From Candidatus Bathyarchaeia archaeon (GTDB lineage Archaea; Thermoproteota; Bathyarchaeia; Bathyarchaeales; Bathycorpusculaceae): a stretch of 64,000 nt of DNA. The first letter of the stretch is position 1, and each line of letters opens with the position of its first letter. A program made the translations under genes and the position numbers. Under the pieces are notes generated by a model, which was not told the DNA's origin, searched no databases, and saw only the letters and a program-made list of their open reading frames with translations. The DNA lies in contig JBEKKK010000001.1 in assembly GCA_050010755.1 (NCBI GenBank), positions 1,248,001-1,312,000 on the forward strand, written 5' to 3'. Shown in pieces: positions 9,787-20,501 of this stretch.

Positions 9787-11436
9787 CTAGTCCTCGCCTT
9801 CAGGCATTCCGCCTGGTGGTTTTCCTCCGGGTCCTTCTCTCGGTTTTGTGGATGCTATGACGTCGTCGATGCGTAGGATCATGGTTGCGGATTCTGTTGC
9901 GGATTTTATCGCTTGCTCTTTTACTATGACGGGTTCGACTACGCCCTTGTCACGCATGTTTTCGACTTTTCCGGTGAAGAGGTTGACTCCTTTGTATTTT
10001 CCATCTGCTTTTCCGTGGGCGGCTCTCAGTTCTACGAGTATGTCTATGGGTTCTAATCCTGCGTTTTCCGCCAAGGTTTTCGGTATTATCTCGATTGCGT
10101 CCGCGAAGGTTTCTATCGCGAGTTGTTCTCTTCCGCCGACGTCGGTGGCGTAGCTTCGCAGTTCTTTGGCCACTTCGACTTCTACTGCTCCGCCTCCAGC
10201 GACTATTTTGCTGTTTTCTATGACGTCTGAGACCACTGATAAGGCGTCTGTCATTGCTCTTTCGGCTTCGTCGACCATTCTCTCAAGGCCGGCTCGTATG
10301 ATGATTGCTACCGAGCGTGGGTCTTTGCATTTTTCGACGAATATCATCTTGTCTTCGCCGAGCTTGCGTTCCTCGACGAGGCCTGCTATGCCCAGGTCTT
10401 GTGTTCTCAAGTCGGTAAGGTTTGAGACTATTCTTCCGCCTGTTGCTCTTGCCAGCTTCTCCATGTCTGACTGTTTCACTCTTCTGGCTGCGAGTATTCC
10501 TTCTTTGGCCAAGAAGTGCTGGGCCATGTCGTCTATGCCTTTCTGACAGAAAACTACGTTTGCGCCCGAAGCCTTGATTTTCTCAACCATTTCTTGCAGC
10601 ATCTTGTTTTCTTGATCTAGGAAGGCCTTCATCTGGGATGGATCGCGAATTCTTATCTCGGCGCTTATCTCGGTCTTTTCGATTTCCAAAGCGCTATCAA
10701 GCAGGGCCATTTTCGCTTTATCGACGCTTTTCGGCATTCCCGTGTGGACGACTTCTTTGTCTATTACTAGGCCTTGGACCAGTTGCGATTCGAAGAGGCT
10801 TTTCCCCGTCTTCTTGATCACTTGGATGTTGTCTATGTCAGCGACCCATTTGTCTCCGCGTTTTTCAGCCACTTTCCTTACAGCTTCGATGGCTATGTCT
10901 GCAAAGTGTTCCTTCGCTGTGCCGACGGCTTTGCTTGCCATGGACGTCACTGCAACTTTCTTCAGTGTTACCTTGTCGTCGATGTCCACGTCTATTGCAA
11001 CTTTGTTTATGGTTTCCATCGCTTGTTGTGCCGCCTTGCGGTAGCCGCTCACGATTATGGTCGGATGAATGTTCTGATCCAGGAGCTCCTCAGCTCTTTT
11101 CAAGAGTTCGCCTGCCAGCACTACGGCGGTGGTTGTTCCATCGCCCACCATGTCGTCCTGTGTCTTCGCGATTTCCACCATCATCTTTGCAGCTGGGTGT
11201 TCGACTTCGATCTCGTTGAGTATCGCTGCTCCGTCGTTTGTTATCGTTATGTCCCCGAGGCTGTCGATGAGCATCTTGTCCATGCCGCGTGGTCCTAGAG
11301 TCGTTCTCAACACTTCGCCAATTACTCGTGCGGCCATTATGTTGTTTCTCTGAGCTTCTCTTCCTCTGTTTCGTGTAGTGCCTTCTTTTAGAACTAGGAC
11401 TGGTTGTCCCGACGCTGTCGTCGTCAAGTAAGCCAT
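9787..11436 (-). CDS. ths: Thermosome subunit (group II chaperonin)
   Basis: [38 protein letters not shown]. Confidence 0.98.
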   Translation of the reverse strand: MAYLTTTASGQPVLVLKEGTTRNRGREAQRNNIMAARVIGEVLRTTLGPRGMDKMLIDSLGDITITNDGAAILNEIEVEHPAAKMMVEIAKTQDDMVGDGTTTAVVLAGELLKRAEELLDQNIHPTIIVSGYRKAAQQAMETINKVAIDVDIDDKVTLKKVAVTSMASKAVGTAKEHFADIAIEAVRKVAEKRGDKWVADIDNIQVIKKTGKSLFESQLVQGLVIDKEVVHTGMPKSVDKAKMALLDSALEIEKTEISAEIRIRDPSQMKAFLDQENKMLQEMVEKIKASGANVVFCQKGIDDMAQHFLAKEGILAARRVKQSDMEKLARATGGRIVSNLTDLRTQDLGIAGLVEERKLGEDKMIFVEKCKDPRSVAIIIRAGLERMVDEAERAMTDALSVVSDVIENSKIVAGGGAVEVEVAKELRSYATDVGGREQLAIETFADAIEIIPKTLAENAGLEPIDILVELRAAHGKADGKYKGVNLFTGKVENMRDKGVVEPVIVKEQAIKSATESATMILRIDDVIASTKPREGPGGKPPGGMPEGED

Positions 11437-11650
11437 ACAAATCCTCCATTCAAACTTAAAATCCTTAATCGGAACAAGAAAAAATGCCCACAAATATAAA
11501 TCTTTACCTCAACCTACCCTTTGCCCCACGTATTTTCGCACCTCTGTCAGAAATTTGGCCCCGTCCAACCCCTGCCTTTATCACTTGACTTTCGCATTCT
11601 CTACAGCTTTATTCGTGTCGAAATGGCTGGAGTGCAGAGGCGCGCACGGT

Positions 11651-12661
11651 TCATTGTGTAATTGGCCTGTCGGACGGTTCTTTGGAGAAGACTAGAATTG
11701 AAGTTGACTTCGCGATTTGCGGTACGCCGGCAAGGTCTTCAACCACCAACAGGACTCTGGAAAGTAAAGCGAATGCCCCTGCAATAGGCGCTGCTACGCC
11801 TAAGAGAATGAAAACTCCGACAATCGCTCCCTCCTGAAAGCCTATGCCTGAAGGCGTGAGAGGCACGAACCCTAGCGCCGTCACCAGAGGATGCAACAGG
11901 AAGAATCCAAGCCATCCTATCTGAGTGATTCCCAAGGCCAAACCCAAGAAGAACCATTCAAAACCCTTCAGAATCCAACACATGCCCGTTATCAACGCGA
12001 TTTCAGGGATGGCCCGCCGCGTTTTTCTAGCGTTTGTCCTGTACTGCTCAAGCTTCACTACCAAGCCGCCTGTAAACCTTGAAAGAAGCTTTGACCCGGC
12101 GATGCGGTTGAAAAGACCTATTACCCTTTCCGACCAGGTTAGGGCGGCTAACAAGACTGCTCCAGTTAGCATGAGACTGATGCCTAGAATCGCGACTACA
12201 AACACGCCTAGGGACAAATTGACTGTCCGAACCAGAAAAACTACTGCCAGCGATCCGCCCAGTACTTTGATGAGAAACTCCACGGACTGGATGCCGAGAA
12301 CTCCCGAGAGGCTGATGGACGTTGGAATGCCTTGGTCCCTGAGGTAAATCGGCGTTAAGACGTAACCAGATCTTCCGGGAGTCACGTCGCTAGTCAACAT
12401 GCCCGCGTACTGGGCAAGCAACGTTTTGCCGAAGGACGTTTTGACCCCCTCTCTCTTCAAGACCCTTCTGAGTCGCACAGTGAACAGAAGATTGATTCCA
12501 AAATAAGCAAGAAAAGAAACGCAAAGAAAAGCAAGCTTGATTCCCCTAAGAGTGTTGTAGAGCGATCCAATCCCGACGTACCAGAACAAAGCCCCAAGAA
12601 TCACCACCATGCACACTATCTGCAACAAAACACGCAGACTTCGCCTTGAACCGCCCTTCAT
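11651..12661 (-). CDS. UPF0104 / lysylphosphatidylglycerol synthase TM-family (flippase-like) protein
   Basis: Multi-TM, VTPGRSG and PLTPSGIGFQE motifs. Confidence 0.85.
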   Translation of the reverse strand: MKGGSRRSLRVLLQIVCMVVILGALFWYVGIGSLYNTLRGIKLAFLCVSFLAYFGINLLFTVRLRRVLKREGVKTSFGKTLLAQYAGMLTSDVTPGRSGYVLTPIYLRDQGIPTSISLSGVLGIQSVEFLIKVLGGSLAVVFLVRTVNLSLGVFVVAILGISLMLTGAVLLAALTWSERVIGLFNRIAGSKLLSRFTGGLVVKLEQYRTNARKTRRAIPEIALITGMCWILKGFEWFFLGLALGITQIGWLGFFLLHPLVTALGFVPLTPSGIGFQEGAIVGVFILLGVAAPIAGAFALLSRVLLVVEDLAGVPQIAKSTSILVFSKEPSDRPITQ

Positions 12662-12765
12662 CTCAGTCAGCTCGCATTCATCAGCATCGGTAAATAGTGC
12701 TTACCTAACGGAAGGGTTGTATAAATTTATAAACGATAACCAGCGATAAAATCAAAAGAATTCTC

Positions 12766-13275
12766 ATGAAAACTGTCATTGTGCTCGTCATGCACGGCGT
12801 GCCGCCGAATGATTTTCCTGAACGCGAGATGGGGGAACTGTTTAGCTTGCAGGCTAGAGTGAAAAAAGTTGCGGGGCCCGAGCGCGGCGCGCTTGAGCAT
12901 CGTCTCATAGAACTAGATGCCAAGATGCACACCTGGCCGCGTACGGCCCAAAACGACCCGTTCCATGCTGGATCTCAAGTGCTGTCGGCGCAGTTGGGCG
13001 AGGTCACCGGGCATGAGGTGATATTGGGATTCAACGAATTCTGTGCTCCAACTCTGGACGATGCGCTCGGCCAGGCCATTGCGAGGGGAGCCGAAAAAGT
13101 TATCGTAGTAACCCCGATGATGACCCGCGGGGGCGAGCACGCCGAAGTGGACATTCCAGCTGCCGTAAAAGCCGCACAGGCACGACACCCTGAAATCCCG
13201 ATAGTATATGCATGGCCCTTCAAAGTCTCAGAAACGGCGAATTTTTTGGCGTCACATATAGCCGGTCTCCTTTAA
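12766..13275 (+). CDS. CbiX/SirB-family chelatase (small form)
   Basis: MHG, FNEFCAPTL, TRGGEHAEVDIP. Confidence 0.85.
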   Translation: MKTVIVLVMHGVPPNDFPEREMGELFSLQARVKKVAGPERGALEHRLIELDAKMHTWPRTAQNDPFHAGSQVLSAQLGEVTGHEVILGFNEFCAPTLDDALGQAIARGAEKVIVVTPMMTRGGEHAEVDIPAAVKAAQARHPEIPIVYAWPFKVSETANFLASHIAGLL

Positions 13276-13346
13276 CAAGCAAACTTGACCACGCAGTGAA
13301 ACAGTTTAAATTTTAGGGTGCGCCCATCAATGTCGGTGGGCTGCAC

Positions 13347-13640
13347 GTGCGTGTTTCGGTTCGATTTTTCACGACTCTGAGAGAGTTAACGGGCAAAAAG
13401 GAGGAGAGTCTGGAGTTTCCGAGAGGAAAAGCCGTCACGGTTGAGAGTGTACTTGAGCGGTTGAAGGAGCTGCATGGAAAGAGGCTTATGGAATATGTTT
13501 GCGACCCCAAAACCGGCGAGGTTCGAGGGTTCCTTCAGTTTCTCGTTAATGGCAGAAGCACAGCGTCATTTGAAGGGTTACAAACGAAACTTTCAGACGG
13601 CGATGTTCTGGCCATAATACCACCAGTCGGCGGCGGCTGA
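13347..13640 (+). CDS. MoaD/ThiS/SAMP ubiquitin-like sulfur carrier
   Basis: Beta-grasp pattern, LVNG, C-terminal PPVGGG. Confidence 0.93.
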   Translation: MRVSVRFFTTLRELTGKKEESLEFPRGKAVTVESVLERLKELHGKRLMEYVCDPKTGEVRGFLQFLVNGRSTASFEGLQTKLSDGDVLAIIPPVGGG

Positions 13641-13688
13641 CCAAGTTGACTTTTCGACTTCGCTTCCCGCTGCTGTAACTTTGGATTA

Positions 13689-14678
13689 GTGTTGAATATG
13701 GGCTCATCTGGCGAGTTCTTGTACCTTTCTCGGTCCGACGTGGAGAGATTGAACGTTCCGATGAAAGAGATAGTGGGAATCGTGGAGGAGGCTTTTCGTG
13801 AGAAGGCAGCTGGAAGAGCTGAAGTTCCTCCGAAGCCGGGGATACATCCCAAAAAAGACGCTTTTATCCATGCTATGCCAGCATATCTGCAAAAAATGAA
13901 TGCAGCAGGAATGAAATGGGTGGCAGGTTTTCCAGAAAATCCTAAAAAAGGTTTGCCATACATCTCTGGCCTGATCGTGATTAACGATACTGACACTGGG
14001 GTTCCAGTCTGCGTCATGGACTGCACGTGGGTGACGGCCAAACGCACTGGTGCTGCTACCGCAGTCGCGGCTAAACGCTTAGCGAGGGAGGACTCCGCAG
14101 TGTTGGGGGTTCTCGGCTGTGGTGCTCAGGGCAGGAGCAATCTTGAAGCCTTGATGGTTGTGTGCAAGAGCCTAGAACAGGTTAAGGCCTACGACATCAG
14201 CCAAAAGAATTTGCGAGAATACGTAAATGAAATGGCTGCCCTTCACGGATTAAGAGTCGCTCCCGTCGATTCGCCCAAGAAAGCGGTTGAGGGTTGTGAC
14301 ATAGTGATTACTGCCGGTCCGATTCTGAAGAAACCGCAGCCCGTAATCGAAAAATCGTGGTTCAGAGACGGCGGATTGGCGTGTCCTCTGGATTTTGATT
14401 CCTACTGGAAGCCGGAAGCAATGTATTCTATGCACAAGTTCTGTACTGATGACCGGGAGCAACTGGCCTACTACAAGGCTCAGGGCTACTTCGCTGACGT
14501 GCCGGAGGTCTACGCAGAGTTAAGCGAAATCGTGGCTGGCTCCAAACCGGGTCGATTAAACGCGGAAGAACGAATCATGTCGATGAATCTGGGCTTGGCA
14601 ATAGAAGACGTGGCAACGGCTTTCTACGTCTTTCAGAAAGCGAAGAAAGCAAAAGTTGGAACAACACTGCAGCTTTGA
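13689..14678 (+). CDS. Ornithine cyclodeaminase/mu-crystallin (alanine dehydrogenase-like) family protein
   Basis: HAMPA, TAKRTGA, GCGAQG, GLAIEDVA. Confidence 0.9.
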   Translation: MLNMGSSGEFLYLSRSDVERLNVPMKEIVGIVEEAFREKAAGRAEVPPKPGIHPKKDAFIHAMPAYLQKMNAAGMKWVAGFPENPKKGLPYISGLIVINDTDTGVPVCVMDCTWVTAKRTGAATAVAAKRLAREDSAVLGVLGCGAQGRSNLEALMVVCKSLEQVKAYDISQKNLREYVNEMAALHGLRVAPVDSPKKAVEGCDIVITAGPILKKPQPVIEKSWFRDGGLACPLDFDSYWKPEAMYSMHKFCTDDREQLAYYKAQGYFADVPEVYAELSEIVAGSKPGRLNAEERIMSMNLGLAIEDVATAFYVFQKAKKAKVGTTLQL

Positions 14679-14689
14679 CCCTCGGGTTT

Positions 14690-16468
14690 TTATCCTCCCC
14701 AGAACGGGACCTTCTTTCTCATGACGTTGACGTATTCTTCCAGCGCTTTTTGTTCTCCTTCTGTTAATTTTTCGTTGAAGGTTGTCATGAGAGCTTTCAC
14801 CTGCTGTTCGGGAACTTTCACGTATAACACGTCTTTTTCGAATATGTGTCTTCCGAACACGGGCTTGTCCATGGAGATGGCGACCTGTCTTCCCTGTTCA
14901 GCGTTGGATAAGGCTTCTCCCTTGTCCTGGATCTGCTGGATTTCGCCTACCTCTTCGCCGTTTTGTCTGACGAGTGCTATTTTTGGTTTGATGCTGCCGG
15001 ACAGGATTTCAACTCCGAAAATCGCGGGTTTCGCCCTTCGAAAAACGTAGCCCTCCATTACTTGGAGTTTGGCAGGCTTGACTAGGGTTTCGAAGTCCTG
15101 TGCGAGTCCAGCGTCGCGTTTTCCTTTGTACCAGGCCAGATAGTTTTCGATGACGTGGTAGATTATTTTTTCGCGGAAAACCTGTACGCCTCTGCTTCCG
15201 GCTTCTTGTTCAGCGTCGGGTAGGATTCTGACGTTGAAAGCCAGCACTGCACCGTATAGTGGTTCGTGTTCCTTTACGACTGAGGCTTCTACTATGTCTC
15301 GTTTCGAAATGTCTCCCACATCGGCTAGTCTGATAGGAATCTCGTTTTGCTTCAAAATGTCCGCGATGGCTTCGAGCGAGCCGAGGGTGTCGGCTTTCAA
15401 AACGATGCCGTCAATGTTAGTTGCTATTCTTATTTTCTCGATTTCCTCGGAGATTAGCCTCGCGTACTTTTCGGGTTTTTCCTCTGGAGGCACGGCGTAC
15501 AGGGTAGCTCCGGCCAGCACTCCTTCTATGTCTGGCGCGACGATTTTGATGCCTGCGGCAGCGGATGCAAAGTCAACGGAGGAGAATTTGTCTCTGGGAT
15601 CTCTGATCTCGTCCAAGGGTTTGGGTACCAGAATCGCCCGTATGCGCGTGACGATGGGTTTCTCTTTTCCGCCGACGACTATCAAGTCGTCCTTCTGCAG
15701 CACCCCGTCGTAGATTATGGTGTTCATGGTTAAGCCAAGTCCGGGTTCTTCCTTGACCTCCAGAACCGTGCCCTTGGCGGGGCCTTCAGTTATCTGCAGA
15801 CGCTTCTTCAAGTATTGCTGCGCCAAGCCTATGAGAACCGTTATGAGTTCGGAAATGCCTTCACCCGACTTTGCGCTCGTGGGCACGATGGCCACGGTGG
15901 ACGTGAAGTCCTTTATCCTGTCGAAACGGTCCGTTTTGAAACCGAGACGCGAGAAGACGCCGATGATGTCGTACAGTTTGTTGTCCAGATCCTCCCTGAC
16001 GTAAGGATCTTGCTGGGGATACGTCTTCGAAAACGGCGCATCCGTATAAGATTTCCATCCGGGCACACGGTCCATCATGTTCGCGGCGACCAAGAAGGGA
16101 GTTTTCCGAGCCTTAAGAATCTCTACACACTCGTACGTCTGAGCCTCAAAACCTCGCAGGACGTTGATGACGAGAATGGCGATGTCCGCGACGCTGCCGC
16201 CTCTCTTGCGCAGGTTGGCGAAGGCTTCATGCCCCGGCGTGTCAATAATGAGTAAACCGGGAATCTCTATTTCACCATTGACTCTGGAAAGAGCAGAGCC
16301 TACCAGTTGACCGAGCGTCTCAACGGGAAAAAAGCTTGCACCGATGTGCTGAGTGATGCCTCCAACCTCCCTTGCCTGAACGCTGGTCTTCCTGATTCTG
16401 TCCAGCAGAGAAGTCTTGCCACTGTCAACATGACCAAGAACACACACGATTGGCTGACGAGTCGGCAT
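14690..16468 (-). CDS. infB: Translation initiation factor aIF5B
   Basis: GHVDSGKT, GGITQHIGA, DTPGHEAF, KADTLGSLEA. Confidence 0.97.
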   Translation of the reverse strand: MPTRQPIVCVLGHVDSGKTSLLDRIRKTSVQAREVGGITQHIGASFFPVETLGQLVGSALSRVNGEIEIPGLLIIDTPGHEAFANLRKRGGSVADIAILVINVLRGFEAQTYECVEILKARKTPFLVAANMMDRVPGWKSYTDAPFSKTYPQQDPYVREDLDNKLYDIIGVFSRLGFKTDRFDRIKDFTSTVAIVPTSAKSGEGISELITVLIGLAQQYLKKRLQITEGPAKGTVLEVKEEPGLGLTMNTIIYDGVLQKDDLIVVGGKEKPIVTRIRAILVPKPLDEIRDPRDKFSSVDFASAAAGIKIVAPDIEGVLAGATLYAVPPEEKPEKYARLISEEIEKIRIATNIDGIVLKADTLGSLEAIADILKQNEIPIRLADVGDISKRDIVEASVVKEHEPLYGAVLAFNVRILPDAEQEAGSRGVQVFREKIIYHVIENYLAWYKGKRDAGLAQDFETLVKPAKLQVMEGYVFRRAKPAIFGVEILSGSIKPKIALVRQNGEEVGEIQQIQDKGEALSNAEQGRQVAISMDKPVFGRHIFEKDVLYVKVPEQQVKALMTTFNEKLTEGEQKALEEYVNVMRKKVPFWGG

Positions 16469-16581
16469 CCAGTTTTTCCTCACTGTTTTTTGGCAACCCG
16501 GGCGAGTTGCCATTTCATTGAAACGTTTGAAAATTAATAAGCAATTGCCCTAATAAACACTCATTCAAGAGGCAAGCGATT

Positions 16582-16899
16582 TTGCCCTACTGCTGGAAAT
16601 GCGGAGCAAGACTGAATGATGAAGACAGGTTCTGTCCAGTTTGCGGTGCGGCAAGGGCCAAGGTGAGCAGAGAGAAATTCACGGTTTCCTCCGACGATCT
16701 TATCGAGAAGGTTAAGCAGTTGCTCCACGAGGGCAACGTTACAAGAATCATCGTCAAGGATGAAAAAGGGAAAACTCTTCTCGAGATCCCCGCCACTGTG
16801 GGAGTCATCGGAGTGCTTCTTGTTCCATGGCTCGCGGCGTTGGGTGCCATAGCGGCTCTAGCCGCAAAATGTGAGATAGTCGTTGAAAGAAGAGAATAA
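16582..16899 (+). CDS. Zinc-ribbon + DUF4342 protein
   Basis: CWKCG..FCPVCG, then EGNVTRIIVK..LLEIP and a hydrophobic tail. Confidence 0.8.
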   Translation: MPYCWKCGARLNDEDRFCPVCGAARAKVSREKFTVSSDDLIEKVKQLLHEGNVTRIIVKDEKGKTLLEIPATVGVIGVLLVPWLAALGAIAALAAKCEIVVERRE

Positions 16900-17097
16900 C
16901 TATTCCACTTTAACAATCAGCAAAAAGACGCCTAGAATTACAAGGATGATGCTCAGAAAACTGAAAAGCCCAGTGTAGCCCACTAGAACGTCAGAGCTCG
17001 ACACCGTGTAATATAGAGCAAGAATGCCCGTGATGAAAATGATGAGGCCCAAGAACTTTTCAGCCACCTCGAGTCCGAAACCGCCTTCTTCGCTCAT
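16900..17097 (-). CDS. Small 2-TM membrane protein
   Basis: 65 aa, two hydrophobic helices. Confidence 0.7.
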   Translation of the reverse strand: MSEEGGFGLEVAEKFLGLIIFITGILALYYTVSSSDVLVGYTGLFSFLSIILVILGVFLLIVKVE

Positions 17098-17308
17098 TTC
17101 AGTCGAATCCTTCTGGCATTCTTTTTACATACAAACAACAAAGGGTTATTTATAGCTAATCTTCCCTTTTCCAACGGTCTCCTAAGAAGGCCACCGTTAG
17201 CCCTTCATTGGAGGGAGGGTGCAAATCGTTGATTATGTTCTCACTCTACGAAATTGGTGGGTTGTGATGAGTGCTCACAGGTTCGATTTGGAATAGAGAA
17301 AGCGTGTT

Positions 17309-18406
17309 CTACTCTGGCAGTGGGCCGTCGTATACTTTGCATGTGTAGCAGAGGTTGTCTCCTGTCGCTACGGCGGTGGCGTGGCCGTGGAATTGGCATA
17401 TCCATCCGTTTATGTATCCGTCGTGGGGCATCTTGATTTCTTCGAGAAGTTCTCCGAAGAGGCTCCATATCTTGGCTATTGTGGTTCCCTCCTTTGTGAA
17501 CTTGAAGTTGTCCACGAGTATTTCGACTAGGCCGCCACGCTTTGGAAGGATGTTTCCCATCCTGGCAAGTGGCTTGGATATGACAACGACGCCGGTCTGT
17601 TTCTCAGGCTTGCCGTCCAGCATGCCGAGCATTTTCATTACGTTCTTTGCGCCTACGATGCCCACTTCAACTCCTCTTGGGAGTATGCGCCTCGCGTCCG
17701 TCATTTCCAGTCCCAGACAGGGTATGCCCTTCTGCATGGCGAAATCGGCGAGGCGTTGAGGAGGCAGTAGTCTTGCGCCAACCTTGGCAGTCACTTTACC
17801 TATGTCTGCGTCGTTGGACGAGGGCATCATCATGGTGATGCCGAAGGCCTTTGCCATTCTGTAGGTCATTAACGTGGTCTTCTTGTCTTTTGCGTAGTTT
17901 GCTGATTCGTCGATTCCGCCTGTGAATGGAAATCCGTTTTCTCCGAATTGGGGGTTTGCGTGGTAGTTGATCAGGTAGTCCGCGTGTTCCATGCAGATCT
18001 TTGCGTAAGCGTAGGCAAGCCGCTCCGTTTCTCTCCCATTCGGTCTTCCCCATATTCCATCCGTGGACGACGTAAGGGTGGCGATGTTTGTATCGTCCTG
18101 GTACGTAATGTATGAGCTGAACCTCAGTGTGAACGGGTTGCAGCAGGGAACTCCTATTATTGTGCCCTTTAACTTTTTCGGGTTTAACTCGCGCATCAGC
18201 TTCCCAATCGTTCTCATGCCCGGTAATTCCGTGCCGTGTTCGCCGGCAATCAGCATCAAAGTGGGGCCTTCCTCAGCCCCGTTCAAAATCATCAGGGGCA
18301 AATCGACCCTCTGCTGATCTGGAAGCTCAACCACTGGAATCCAACCGCAAGCAAGCTTCCCCGGCTCCGCCTTGATTCCCTCGATTTCTAACGCTTTCTT
18401 CGGCAT
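17309..18406 (-). CDS. Succinylglutamate desuccinylase/aspartoacylase (M14-like) family protein
   Basis: AGEHGTE, LKGTIIGVPCCNP, NYH, C-terminal biotinyl-like domain. Confidence 0.88.
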   Translation of the reverse strand: MPKKALEIEGIKAEPGKLACGWIPVVELPDQQRVDLPLMILNGAEEGPTLMLIAGEHGTELPGMRTIGKLMRELNPKKLKGTIIGVPCCNPFTLRFSSYITYQDDTNIATLTSSTDGIWGRPNGRETERLAYAYAKICMEHADYLINYHANPQFGENGFPFTGGIDESANYAKDKKTTLMTYRMAKAFGITMMMPSSNDADIGKVTAKVGARLLPPQRLADFAMQKGIPCLGLEMTDARRILPRGVEVGIVGAKNVMKMLGMLDGKPEKQTGVVVISKPLARMGNILPKRGGLVEILVDNFKFTKEGTTIAKIWSLFGELLEEIKMPHDGYINGWICQFHGHATAVATGDNLCYTCKVYDGPLPE

Positions 18407-18516
18407 GATTATCGCAGGCCTAACTTGATGTCTATTCTATTAAAATTTTTCTACATCGCGTCGGTGCGAAGAAAAAACTTATCTTAGATCCGGTACAGTA
18501 TTTTCAGAAGGGTGTC

Positions 18517-19092
18517 TTGATGTCGGCTAGAAAGATGGTTCTGTATTTCAGCGGTCCCGGCGAGGTCAACTCTGCTGAGACGCTTAAGGCGGCTAAGGAG
18601 CGGGCTGATGAACTTAATATAAGAGATGTTGTTGTTGCCAGTACGCGGGGGACGACGGGTCTGATGGCCGTCGATCTCTTCAAGGGCTACAACGTCGTGG
18701 TCGTGTCTCACGTCGCAGGCATGAAGGAACCAAACACCAGCGAGCTGGACGACAGGTTTGCAGAGAAGATTAGGGCGCAGGGAGGAAAGATTGTAACGGC
18801 TGCCCACACTTTTTCGGGTGTAAACAGGGCCATCCAAACCAAATTTAACACTGTTTACCCAGCTGGGATAATTGCTCAGACCCTGAGACTTTTCGGTCAA
18901 GGCATGAAGGTCGTGGTCGAGATCACTGCAATGGCTGCAGATGCGGGGGCAATCCCGACGGGCAAAGACGTCATCGCCATAGCGGGTTCGGGAAAAGGCG
19001 CCGACACGGCCGTCGTGATCAAGTCAGCTTCATCTCACAATCTTTTTGACTGCATAGTCAGAGAGATAATTGCCAAACCGAGTTCCACCTGA
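18517..19092 (+). CDS. Pyruvate kinase C-terminal alpha/beta-domain-like archaeal protein
   Basis: YFSGPGEVN, VVASTRGTT, LRLFGQGMKV..E, GADTA, REIIAKP. Confidence 0.85.
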   Translation: MMSARKMVLYFSGPGEVNSAETLKAAKERADELNIRDVVVASTRGTTGLMAVDLFKGYNVVVVSHVAGMKEPNTSELDDRFAEKIRAQGGKIVTAAHTFSGVNRAIQTKFNTVYPAGIIAQTLRLFGQGMKVVVEITAMAADAGAIPTGKDVIAIAGSGKGADTAVVIKSASSHNLFDCIVREIIAKPSST

Positions 19093-19515
19093 TATTCTCT
19101 AAAGAGCGTGCTTGCTCTGAGAGTCATGGATGATCCAACTCTATCGAGCTTCTGCGCAAACCTGTCAAGTAACACTCGTCAACAAACTCCCATAAGAGAA
19201 CTTGCTGGCAAGCGCTAACTACCTGTTCTTGACGTTCACTAACTGGAGCATAAAAAAGGAAATTAATTTGGGTTCTTAGGCGGACGTTGGTGTTTGCTGT
19301 GGAGGAGGATCTATCTTCCTTGGCTATCCAAAAGACGTGCCTGAAGCACGGGCACTGCGGTGAAAGAAGAAATAGCCCGTGGTCAATGGATCCAGAAATC
19401 ACTCTAGCTTGTTTAGGCATGGGATCATATAGCATACAAATTCAACCAACAAAGCCCGTCCAACGGTCATGAAAAGGCTTTTATCATTAAATGCTAGACA
19501 ATTGCTGGAGGAAAA

Positions 19516-20187
19516 GTGATGAGTCTAGAATCAAGCAAGAGCTTGGGCGTTGTGGGCGCAATACTGATGCTCTTAGGTGTTTTTTCTTTTGGTATCCCCT
19601 ATATTAGCATCCTCGGACTTGTCGGCTTTATACTAATTCTGGCGGCACTGCACGGTTTAGGTCGCTACTACAATGAAAATGGAATTTTCAGCAATGCAAT
19701 CTACGGCTTCATAATTGGCATAGTGGGCACAGTTGTGACGGCAATAGTTGCAGTCATCGTTGTGCTTTCTAACTTGACCTCTATCGAGAATTTCTTGGTA
19801 CAGATTTTTCCAACTTGGACGAAAGGGGATTGGAGAGCACTCTCTGGAATGAGACCTACAATTCCTTCAAGCATTGACTGGTCACCATTGGGACCTCTAA
19901 TTGCTGGACTCGTAGCGGCCTTCGTTATCTTTGTTGTCTTCGCGGTGGTCTCAGCCTACTTCTTCCGACGCTCGTTTAAGTTGCTCTCAGTAAAATCAAC
20001 AGTTGGATTATTCTCAACTGCCGGACTGCTGCTGCTGATAGGTGCAGCGCTGTTGATTGCAGCGTTAATTCCCGGTGTAATCGTGATTTGGATAGCAATT
20101 CTCTTACTGGCAATTGCCTTCTTCCAGATGCAACCTATGCAGGCGTCCACGATGACAACAGCTCCTGCTCCGTCCAAACCAGCTTAG
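19516..20187 (+). CDS. DUF996-family membrane protein
   Basis: Multi-TM, LG.VGAIL...YYNE.GIF.N, LFSTAGLLLLIGA. Confidence 0.8.
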   Translation: MMSLESSKSLGVVGAILMLLGVFSFGIPYISILGLVGFILILAALHGLGRYYNENGIFSNAIYGFIIGIVGTVVTAIVAVIVVLSNLTSIENFLVQIFPTWTKGDWRALSGMRPTIPSSIDWSPLGPLIAGLVAAFVIFVVFAVVSAYFFRRSFKLLSVKSTVGLFSTAGLLLLIGAALLIAALIPGVIVIWIAILLLAIAFFQMQPMQASTMTTAPAPSKPA

Positions 20188-20501
20188 AGCCAAAAACAAT
20201 CTCATTTTTTTCTCTTTTTGCTAGCAAGCACGCACGCTCCACCGCCGCGAAAAAAAAAAACGGTCTATTTCCTTGCAGCCAACAAGTGGTAAATAGCGGT
20301 CGGGGGTAGGATGGAAAAACCAACTGGTCCCAGCGACAAATCAAAAGTGCTATTTGATTCGTCGCGCGCGCTCTCTTCTATCCAAGCCTAATTGGCACTT
20401 ATTGTGAATGGAGGGGCTAAGAATATAGACCAAAACAGCAAAGATGTTCTTGGAAAGCACTTTTAGGCTGCACGCGCTATTATCTTGGATTCTGTCGTTT
20501 C

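Noticed and set aside
9848-11449. Many antisense or alternate-frame ORFs over the thermosome (and similarly over infB, hutU, sua5, rsmB)
   Set aside because: Shadow ORFs of well-conserved genes with no recognisable motifs
19124-19472. Small ORFs between the PK_C-like and DUF996 genes (also 28925-29478)
   Set aside because: No motifs or convincing start signals; cannot be supported
20290-20345. tRNA-like GC-rich stretch
   Set aside because: No T-loop GTTCRA or cloverleaf
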